From an uncultured Nitrososphaerales archaeon (GTDB lineage Archaea > Thermoproteota > Nitrososphaeria > Nitrososphaerales > Nitrososphaeraceae), in NCBI GenBank assembly GCA_963695855.1, contig CAVOHZ010000010.1, positions 992,001-1,056,000 of the forward strand: a stretch of DNA of 64,000 nucleotides, given 5' to 3'. The notes under the pieces were generated by a model. That model saw nothing but the letters and a program-made list of their open reading frames with translations, had not been told where the DNA came from and did no database searches. The stretch's first letter is position 1; each line of letters opens with the position of its first letter. The position numbers were made by a program, and so were the translations under genes. Shown here one piece after another: positions 54,275 through 62,879 of the stretch.

Positions 54275-56152
54275 TTGCGTTATCAACTAATTGTTAGTCT
54301 AGTACATTTTTCTTTGTTTTTTTCTGTACTAGTTTTAGCGTTTAATTTTTTATTTTTGGAATCAATGGCAGCCAACCAAAATGAAGTGAATGAACAAAGA
54401 GGCATAGATAATATTTGTTTGAAATATGACAACATCACAAAAACAATAATAGTTTGTGATGACAATGTAGAGATTCCTACGATATTTTCTTTTTTTAATA
54501 ATTCAAATATCCTAGAAAGCATTGGAAACAAAGAATGGTTGTTAAGATCTAATATTCTAGTATTAGAAAATGGTACATTAATTATTGATGGTTCGAAATC
54601 TAAAGTTATAAAAATAGCTTCCAATTATTCAAGCAATATACCTTATTCCATCACATCAAGAGGAAATTTAATAATAGATAATACTAGAATAACTTCGTGG
54701 AATTCTACAAGTGATTCCCAACCTGTTGTTAGCTCTCCTGAAACCGTTAGACCTTATATCTTGACCTTTTGGGATTCTTCTGGAAAGACAAATATTACAA
54801 ATTCCTACCTAGAAAATTTAGGATATAAAGGTTACCTAGGAACAGATGGAATAACATATTTTTCTGGTAAAGGGAGTTTAATTAGCAATAATACAATATC
54901 TGGAAATTATTTGGGTTTACATTTGATGAATAATATTTCTGATATTGCAATTGAGAATAATGACATATCAAAAAGCAATTTTGAGGCTATTAAATTAGAC
55001 ACCAAAACAAACAATATTAAAGTTTTTGATAACACGATACATGAGAATAATTTACATGCAATCTCATGTATAAGAGGTTGCAATTCAGTGGATATCAAAA
55101 ATAATGTTTTAGAAAATAATATTGGTATTGGAATACTGGTAGACAAACAAGCAAAGAAGATAATTATTGAAAATAACAAGATAAAATCCAATACTATGGG
55201 TATAATGATAGCAGAGTCAGAAGATAATAGTATCAATAACAATATCATTGATAAAAACGGTAATGGTATTTTTCTAAAAAAAACTGGTGGTAATTTAATA
55301 ACAAAAAATAACATTACGGCAAGTAATAACTATGGTATAAATATTTATTCAAATTCTTCTTTAAATACGATTGAAAATAATAACATCCGAAAATCAATGA
55401 ATAGTGGAATAAATATAGCAGATTATGAAACAAAAAATAATAAATTTGCTGGAAATGTAATTGAAGGTGGATTAAATCATGGTATTAAATTGGATAGAAC
55501 TTTCAAGAACAATTTTGAATCCAATCTAGTAGATAAAAATAAGTATGGTGACTACTATATAAAATTATCAAAGGACAGTATCCTAATGAATACGTACTTT
55601 AATAAAACTTCTATTTTATTCTTTGACAAGAAGAGTAATCTCAAGATAGTTAATATGGATAATAAATTGTTAGACGGTAATAATGTTACCAATGTTGCGT
55701 ATCCAAATAACAATACAGTCATTATGTTACCCATTAAAAAATTTACCAAACTGACAACTATTGACATGTATGTTATTCCTAATTTATCTCATGTAAATAT
55801 TTCATCAATTAACAATGATTTTTCCGAAAATAAGGATTATAAAAAATGGAACGCTGTCTTTGCGGAGCCAAAAATGCAGACAAAATTTATTGTAGAGGGG
55901 TTCGATTCTGGCAGTCAATTTCTTTTAAAAACAAATGAAACAGTTTCTGAGCTGGTTTCGGTTGACAAAAGAAATAATATGCAATTTTCTTTTATTAATG
56001 ACGGATTATCATATACTTTCAAAATTGAAGCGACCAAAACTCCTATGTTAATCACGATATTAATTTTGTCAGTCCTGATTGGCGTTTCAGCTGGAATTTT
56101 CTTTTTATTGAGAAGAAAAAGGATGATTAAGGATAACAATGTAAAAAGATAA
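54275..56152 (+). CDS. Membrane-anchored right-handed beta-helix protein (NosD/AlgG-like)
   Basis: Signal peptide, many I-x-N-N-x-I / GI repeats, ITSW...RPYI...NS.LENLGY block, C-terminal TM followed by RRKR. Confidence 0.85.
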   Translation: MRYQLIVSLVHFSLFFSVLVLAFNFLFLESMAANQNEVNEQRGIDNICLKYDNITKTIIVCDDNVEIPTIFSFFNNSNILESIGNKEWLLRSNILVLENGTLIIDGSKSKVIKIASNYSSNIPYSITSRGNLIIDNTRITSWNSTSDSQPVVSSPETVRPYILTFWDSSGKTNITNSYLENLGYKGYLGTDGITYFSGKGSLISNNTISGNYLGLHLMNNISDIAIENNDISKSNFEAIKLDTKTNNIKVFDNTIHENNLHAISCIRGCNSVDIKNNVLENNIGIGILVDKQAKKIIIENNKIKSNTMGIMIAESEDNSINNNIIDKNGNGIFLKKTGGNLITKNNITASNNYGINIYSNSSLNTIENNNIRKSMNSGINIADYETKNNKFAGNVIEGGLNHGIKLDRTFKNNFESNLVDKNKYGDYYIKLSKDSILMNTYFNKTSILFFDKKSNLKIVNMDNKLLDGNNVTNVAYPNNNTVIMLPIKKFTKLTTIDMYVIPNLSHVNISSINNDFSENKDYKKWNAVFAEPKMQTKFIVEGFDSGSQFLLKTNETVSELVSVDKRNNMQFSFINDGLSYTFKIEATKTPMLITILILSVLIGVSAGIFFLLRRKRMIKDNNVKR

Positions 56153-56420
56153 TAAGATTCTCCTAATTTTGTAGTAAAAGATTAATCTTATACGTCTATT
56201 ATATTACGTATTGAATTTTGGATAAAGTATATGTAATTTCAACATCCAGAAATAACTATAGCTATGGATAATAAGTACGAAATACAATACAGTAACATAC
56301 GGCTATAAGAAAGATTAGACTTAAGAGTGGCTAAATATGATGATAGATTTTAGTAATAGAATATTATCTTGTTCTATATATTTTATTGATAGTAATAATG
56401 ATAATAGAATTAGAGATTTA

Positions 56421-57022
56421 ATGATTTCTCCAATCGTTCACAACTATATTCATAGCACCATCATCAAACAATGAACCAGTAGTGGCATTTCTAAAACCAA
56501 TATATCAACAATGATTGTCTCCCAAACTTTTACTGGATTGATATCTTCAAAAGATTCTTCAACGTTACCATCACCATCTGTATCAGAAAAAGGCGGTATT
56601 TCATAAACGACATTTGTCTCATTGTATTTTAAGGCACATTCACCTTTAGGGCCCCAAGTAAACCTTATGGTTGACGATTTTCCCATTGATTAACTTTTAA
56701 TCCCTCATCTTCAGTGTAGTATAAATTGTAAAATTTATCTACTGTAACTACAACTGAAAAGGAGGAAGGAATTATAGAATTATTACGAGAACCTTCTACA
56801 GAACCACAAACAGTCACAGGCGAACAGCCTACGGAAGAAGGTCAAGCACCAACAGATGTTGCACCAACTCCAGAACAAGCAGCATTACCTACGACCTTAG
56901 AAGAAGAACCTAAAGAATAAGAGAAAGAGACAAAAGACGAGCAAGAGAGTAAAGACGAGCAAGAGCCGGAAGAGGAAGAAGAGGAAGAATCAGAAATAGA
57001 AGAGGAAGAGTCTGGAGAATAA
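56421..57022 (+). pseudogene. Probable decayed surface protein with Pro/Thr-rich and poly-Glu tail
   Basis: Fragments EPSTEPQTVTGEQPTEEGQAPTDVAPTPEQ...EEEPKE*...EPEEEEEEESEIEEEESGE* with stops and shifts upstream. Confidence 0.45.
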
Positions 57023-57427
57023 GGAGGAAAAGGTTAAATAAACACATTCAAAATGAATGAATTTGAAATAACTTCCGACAGCAAAAAAGTAAAAACATAA
57101 TTTTTTTTAATTTTAAATATTTTTTAACATATATCGTTTTATTGTAAAAGGTACCAGGAATGTTTGCAATGGTAGTTCAAATTCATAATTAAATTAAATA
57201 GGCCCATCCCATATAACTATATATAATTGAATTTGACGAAAACACTGACTATTTGACGGGTTATTTGACGGAAATTTTGATTAAATGACGATGGTGGCTG
57301 ATTGGTGATTATAACAATAATACGATGAATTGATTTCTTTAGTTCTTAGAATTAGAAAGATACATATGTATCCCAATTTTGGGATCAAAAATGTATAAAT
57401 AACTCTTTTTTTAACCACGTTTATGTA

Positions 57428-59041
57428 ATGAAGTTACCCACACAGGAGCATATCAAATCAGCTATTATAGACTCATGGATGATGGGCAAGACACGAGATA
57501 AAATAGCATTAGAATTTAATATTAGCACAGGATCGGTTTCTAACATTATACAACAATGGCAGAATAAGATTGGTCTCTTTGATGCAAATGATCTTAGAGA
57601 ATTGGGAGTAGCATTAAAAAAGGCAGGAATATCACCTTTACAATGCGTTGATGGTTTAAGAATCAATAACATACTCAATCAACTATATATTGATGAGGAC
57701 CACCTCAACTATTTTTTAAACAAACTATATAATGAAAGTAAAGAGCAAAGATTACTACCTGCTGATATTGCAAGACTGGCTAAAGTGATAAATGACTATC
57801 CCGATATCTCCTCATTAAATGATCTACCAACATATATCAATAAAAGAAGGCAAGAAAGGATTAAACTAGATAGAGATATATATTACAGAAAAATCGAAAT
57901 CCAAAAATTGGATCATGAAAAAGAAAGGAAGAGAAAAGAGATCCAAGATTTAAAAGATGATTTTGATTCTATTAGAAAAGAGATACAAAATGAGAAAAAA
58001 GATTTTTTGTTATTCAAAAATGTAAAAGATGAACTAAAGAAAAATGGTATAGATATTCAAATTTTAGAGCCTTTAATACATGTTATAAAAATTTTTCAAG
58101 AGATGAACTTCCAACCTCTTACAATCTTCAGTGAATTTTCAGATATAAATGATTACAGAGATCTAGTTGAAAATAAAGAGAGAGGAATAAAGGAACTTGA
58201 ATTACATATCCAAGATTTAAATGCAATAAGTGACAATTATGAAATCAAGATAACATCAAATGAACCTATAGTTCAATCCTTGAAAAGGTTGGAAAACCTT
58301 GGGTTTAATGCTTCTAATATTAAATACCTAGAGAAAACATTTTCAGACGTCTCTAAAAAATTTGGTTTGAATAAAAAGCAAATCAAAATCCGATTCTTTA
58401 GATATATGGATCATTTGTATACTCTTTTAACTCTTGAACAAGATATCTTAGAAAAGACAGATAAGCTTTCTATACTGGACAGTGAAATATCTTCAAAACG
58501 AAAGGTAATAGAAGAATCTCAACCCATTGTATTTTCTATTTTACAAAACTTGGTTAATGCAGGATTAAATGAAAATGATATTCTAATGACTTTAAAAATA
58601 TTTAAAACAGATTTATGTAACAATATGCCTTTTGATATGATAACTTATCTTGAAGCTCTTTCAAAAGATCTAGACAAATATAAAACAGTAAGAGATACTT
58701 TGAAAGGGTTAGATACAAAAGTATTGTTAAAGAAATCTTATATAGAGAAACTGACATTGGTTAAAACTAATTTACAGGTTTTTCTTTTCTCATTAGCTAT
58801 GACCATTTATTTTTACTTTTTTATTTTAAATATACAATTACAAATACAAAAGAAATTTAGAATACTTTTAATATATAACTTTATTTATTTACCTTTAATC
58901 TACATTGTAAAAAGTCCTGAAAAGACTCTGAAATCTAATAAATTCAAAATAAAATCAAAAAATAACAACGACAACAATAATAATAAGAAAAAAGAAATAA
59001 AAAGAAACAATAAACTGCAAAGACAAAAATCAATGGAATAA
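57428..59041 (+). CDS. N-terminal HTH plus long coiled-coil protein with C-terminal hydrophobic segments
   Basis: GKTRDKIALEFNISTGSVSNII (HTH), heptad-rich middle, hydrophobic/basic tail. Confidence 0.8.
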   Translation: MKLPTQEHIKSAIIDSWMMGKTRDKIALEFNISTGSVSNIIQQWQNKIGLFDANDLRELGVALKKAGISPLQCVDGLRINNILNQLYIDEDHLNYFLNKLYNESKEQRLLPADIARLAKVINDYPDISSLNDLPTYINKRRQERIKLDRDIYYRKIEIQKLDHEKERKRKEIQDLKDDFDSIRKEIQNEKKDFLLFKNVKDELKKNGIDIQILEPLIHVIKIFQEMNFQPLTIFSEFSDINDYRDLVENKERGIKELELHIQDLNAISDNYEIKITSNEPIVQSLKRLENLGFNASNIKYLEKTFSDVSKKFGLNKKQIKIRFFRYMDHLYTLLTLEQDILEKTDKLSILDSEISSKRKVIEESQPIVFSILQNLVNAGLNENDILMTLKIFKTDLCNNMPFDMITYLEALSKDLDKYKTVRDTLKGLDTKVLLKKSYIEKLTLVKTNLQVFLFSLAMTIYFYFFILNIQLQIQKKFRILLIYNFIYLPLIYIVKSPEKTLKSNKFKIKSKNNNDNNNNKKKEIKRNNKLQRQKSME

Positions 59042-59503
59042 AGTAATATTCTGTATCTTGACAATAAATTTCGATAGTTTGTAGAAACAACATAAAAAAT
59101 AATATAATAAATTTAAAATCAATGTTAAGATATTAAATGATCTAACAAAAGTATATGGTGAAAATAAAGAATTTACGAAACAACTTTTAAAATTTAAAAG
59201 CCAAACAAAAAAATACATATCATTAAATTCAAGTAAATAAAAATCAACTGCAATAATATCATTTTATAAATAATAAAATTTAGAATTCTTTACATTTCAT
59301 TAGTCAATAATTTACTTTGATCTATATAAAAGATTTAGAAGGATAATAATTTGTTTTTCATAAATTTTATCAAATTTCAATTTTATCTTTAAATGCGTTG
59401 GTTGTTTTTAAAAGTATTCCATCATAAATATATTAAGGTAACATACCCACATTTACTGTTACACATAGATCGATTGGAACAATTTAAAATCAATATCCAA
59501 CAT

Positions 59504-60283
59504 TTAAATTTCTCTATAAAAAATCTTAAAAGATTCCATAATAATTTCCTTCTTATTATCTTGTTTCCTTCTTTTTAGTACATCTTGCCATTCATTGGTA
59601 TAAGCACAAGTAACATCATCTACAGAATTATAGGAAAAAGCCAAAATGTACTTGTATTTCTTTGACCAATTTTTCTCATAGTAATGAGGATGGTTTAAAG
59701 AGATAGGATAGGCTAACGTAGAATCAATATGTATCCATTTGCCATCAATCAATGCTTCATTCCAACAATGATCTAGATAATCTTGTACAATTCTTGTTTC
59801 CACAAATTGTGAATTTAAAATTGCCCCAAATAGCATTGACCATTCACTGCATCTACCTATTCTGTTATCTGCTATTCTTTTTATTTCGCCATATCTTGGA
59901 AATACTATTTTTGAATTACATTTCAGACATTCATAAACTTCACTCATTCTTAGCTTCCAAGAATTACCTTTGATTATGCTAAAATGCAAAGGTATGTTGC
60001 AATTTTGGCATTTGATGTTTTTGCTGATGTCGCTACTATTCATCCATTTCATATAATCTTGCTTAAACCAATCAAGAAGTGGTTTTAAAATTTGTATGTT
60101 ATTATTATTTTCTTTGCTTATTGTTATTATCTCTTGTTTAATTTTTGATGGAATAAGATGATTAACATAAGCAAGAACTTTTTTGTCTTTGTATTGTCTT
60201 GCTACATTTTTATATAATATAAAAGAATCTTTTGTATAAGGAAAACCAAAGGTATTTCTGCTAAATTTATTGATTTTAAACAT
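59504..60283 (-). CDS. Peptide:N-glycanase (Png1/NGLY1)-like transglutaminase-fold protein
   Basis: LLDWFK, CQNC, CLKC, FPRY, GRCSEW, DHCWNE, WIHID, YEKNWSKK, AFS..VDDVT..Y; start reassigned to MFKINK (ORF track 59504..60397). Confidence 0.88.
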   Translation of the reverse strand: MFKINKFSRNTFGFPYTKDSFILYKNVARQYKDKKVLAYVNHLIPSKIKQEIITISKENNNNIQILKPLLDWFKQDYMKWMNSSDISKNIKCQNCNIPLHFSIIKGNSWKLRMSEVYECLKCNSKIVFPRYGEIKRIADNRIGRCSEWSMLFGAILNSQFVETRIVQDYLDHCWNEALIDGKWIHIDSTLAYPISLNHPHYYEKNWSKKYKYILAFSYNSVDDVTCAYTNEWQDVLKRRKQDNKKEIIMESFKIFYREI

Positions 60284-60445
60284 AATTATAATAATATATA
60301 CTATTTTTCCTGATAAAAGAATTATTGTGAAATATACATCTGGAACAACTAATACCTGATAATTAGAGTATGGATAAAGAATATAGTAGTTGGTCATATT
60401 AGATGTTGAATTACAAGGATTGTAGGGTGCTGTTAAGTTAAGAGC

Positions 60446-60943
60446 CTATCCCAAAATTATCCTCCTGTAAACAATTATACTATTTGCTAACTGTACAAGA
60501 CCCAGATAGTTCTCATCCTTCTTTTCATACCTTGTAAATAATTTCCTAAATCTGTTATGCCATGAATTTGTTCTCTCTACAACCCATCTTCTTGTAGGAT
60601 GTTTCTTGTTGAGTTTCTTTTCTTCTCTTCTGTGTCGTATATGTGGGATGTATCCCCTTTTGACCATTTCTTGTTCTACTTCTTTGGAATGATATGCTTT
60701 ATCAAGGCATAGATTCTGCTTTTTCTTCTTCTTCTTGTTATTGTTGTTGTTTCTGTATTTTGTTATCGATGATGATGACGATGGTCTTTTGATAACAATA
60801 TTATCAATTGTATTTGTTGCAACGGTAACATCGTGAGTATTGGCTGATGTTATAAAAGTAGAAAGAGGAATACCATCTTTATCTGTTAGAATATGTCTTT
60901 TGCTTCCTAATTTACTCCTATCTGTAGGATTATGACCAGTCAT
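60446..60943 (-). CDS. IS5 transposase OrfB (DDE), probably fused to OrfA by -1 frameshift
   Basis: GSKRHILTD..GIPL, ANTHD, LDKAY, RWVVERTNSW..RFRKL..RYEK. Confidence 0.9.
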   Translation of the reverse strand: MTGHNPTDRSKLGSKRHILTDKDGIPLSTFITSANTHDVTVATNTIDNIVIKRPSSSSSITKYRNNNNNKKKKKKQNLCLDKAYHSKEVEQEMVKRGYIPHIRHRREEKKLNKKHPTRRWVVERTNSWHNRFRKLFTRYEKKDENYLGLVQLANSIIVYRRIILG

Positions 60944-61304
60944 CGCCCCCTAAAGGAGATTTTACTGATATGCTGTCAAGTGATTGCCAGTTCCATTTTA
61001 TTCCTCTCGTGTTATCGTATATTTTTAGTAATCTCGTCCATAATTTGTCAAATAATCCTGATTGTCTCCATTCCTGAAATCTTCTGTGGCACGTTGAACC
61101 AGAACCATATTCCTTGGGTAACATTTTCCATTGACATCCGATCCTCAAGACAAACAGGATACCATCAAGTACTTTTCTATAAGGAACAATTGGTCTACCT
61201 ATGGTATTATCTGGTTTCTCATCTGGTAAAATATTTTTTATTTCATACCAAAGGTCATCAGGAATACGTGTAATGGTTCTAACATATTTTTTACTCTTAC
61301 TCAA
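60930..61304 (-). CDS. IS5 transposase OrfA
   Basis: DDLW, GRP, GILFVLRIGCQWKMLP, STCHRRFQEW, SLDS. Confidence 0.9.
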   Translation of the reverse strand: MSKSKKYVRTITRIPDDLWYEIKNILPDEKPDNTIGRPIVPYRKVLDGILFVLRIGCQWKMLPKEYGSGSTCHRRFQEWRQSGLFDKLWTRLLKIYDNTRGIKWNWQSLDSISVKSPLGGDDWS

Positions 61305-61386
61305 ACATTATCAGATATGATAGGAAACCAACGAGCTATATTCCTATCTATTTTTGGGATAGGCTCTTAATATCATATCAAATACA

Positions 61387-62718
61387 TTATGATTTAGAAA
61401 TTTTAAATACTTTGCCGTTTTTTGTATTGGAGGCGATCACAAATAAATCTCCATCTGTTGGATCTATCTTTATGTCTGTAATAATACCAAATCCTGTACC
61501 CAATATCGCATCATTAATTTCTGAGGGAGTATTAACTATTCTATCAGCCAATGGTCCAGTCAATTGTAATCCGGTTCTAGTAGAATTAAGATCAAAATGA
61601 AGCAATGTGCCGTTTTTTACACCGCCTACTAACACGTCATCTTTATATTCATCGCCTAATGTGTCTGTATGAATAAAAGCAATTGTGGTGGGAGCCATGG
61701 TTTGATTCCATGTTAGAGCTGGATCATAATATTTGCCTTTATTATTAAATGTAATTAGCTTGTTTCTATCAAAATCTTGACCAGTCATACTCTTATATAA
61801 ATTAGGAGTTCCTAATACTTGTCTCCATCCGCTATTAAAGCCAGGTTTAATAATATTGATTTCATCACCATAATGAGAACCATTTTCTGTGTCCCATAAA
61901 TATCCTGTAATACTATCAAATCCAATTCCAAAACTGTTTCGAATACCATATCCATAATATTTGTCTAGTAGACCTAAATTACCCAAACTGAAGCCGTCGT
62001 TGACAGTATCCCCATCGGGTGTAATTCTTAATACACCTCCTCTACCATCTGGAAGAGATGTTCCTTCAAGATTTTGGGCAATAGTATCTCCGCTGGGATC
62101 TTTGATTCTATTAAGATCACCCATAACAAGATACAAATTTCCATCTGGTCCAATTCGCAATACCCCGCCATTATGAGATGGTCCTGGAGTGAATGGTAAA
62201 TCCAAAAGCAGCACCGGATTCACTAGCTTTCCATCAATAAAGTCATATCTATAAAGTTTATTTCCTAAAATATTACCATCGTCCTGACCTTCTGTTTCAG
62301 TAGCAAAAAGAAAAACATAAGAACGAATTAAAGAACCATCATCTTCTGAAAATTTTCCCGATTTAGATAAATTCAAATAAGCAATTCCTAAAAGACCTCT
62401 TTCACTCTCCGATGCAACATTCAGATCCAATAGTTGAGTTACTTGTCCATTAGTTATTCTTTTTACTATACCTGTATTCTTTTCTATTAATAAAAAGTCA
62501 TCGTTTCCAATAATTTCCATACCTATTGGAAAATTCAGATCATCTATAATCATTTCAGCTTTTAAATTGGGATCAGTTAAAATTGGATTAATATCTTTTT
62601 TTGATTTCTTCTTTGATTGAGCATCAATATCATCAAGAGTTATTGATAAAAGAAACATACCAGCAAATATGAAAATAGTAAAAGAAATTTTTTCAATATT
62701 ATTATTTAATAGAGTCAT
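61387..62718 (-). CDS. PQQ-dependent sugar dehydrogenase (GSDH/Asd beta-propeller), secreted
   Basis: ERGLLGIA, HNGG, GPDG.LY, YGIRNSFG, ENG...GDEIN, NSGW. Confidence 0.92.
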   Translation of the reverse strand: MTLLNNNIEKISFTIFIFAGMFLLSITLDDIDAQSKKKSKKDINPILTDPNLKAEMIIDDLNFPIGMEIIGNDDFLLIEKNTGIVKRITNGQVTQLLDLNVASESERGLLGIAYLNLSKSGKFSEDDGSLIRSYVFLFATETEGQDDGNILGNKLYRYDFIDGKLVNPVLLLDLPFTPGPSHNGGVLRIGPDGNLYLVMGDLNRIKDPSGDTIAQNLEGTSLPDGRGGVLRITPDGDTVNDGFSLGNLGLLDKYYGYGIRNSFGIGFDSITGYLWDTENGSHYGDEINIIKPGFNSGWRQVLGTPNLYKSMTGQDFDRNKLITFNNKGKYYDPALTWNQTMAPTTIAFIHTDTLGDEYKDDVLVGGVKNGTLLHFDLNSTRTGLQLTGPLADRIVNTPSEINDAILGTGFGIITDIKIDPTDGDLFVIASNTKNGKVFKISKS

Positions 62719-62879
62719 ATGGTCAAAATATTGTCAAGTATATTTGAATCTATTCGAAGATATAAATGAAGATTATGGAGAAGATCTGTTTGAATCCGCA
62801 GAATAAAATTCCCAAACAAGTTTATATTATGTTGTATTATAAAAATTAAAGAAATATTTTTTATTTATTGTGCGATATT

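Larger units (their letters stand above)
60442..61366 (-). mobile_element. Complete IS5-family insertion sequence (925 bp)
   Basis: 15-bp perfect TIR GAGCCTATCCCAAAA (60442-60456 and 61352-61366), TTAA on both flanks, two-ORF transposase. Confidence 0.93.

Noticed and set aside
60284-60397. Hydrophobic N-terminal extension of the PNGase-like ORF as a signal anchor
   Set aside because: Looks like AT-rich promoter DNA read in frame; the downstream Met is the more plausible start, though this is unproven.
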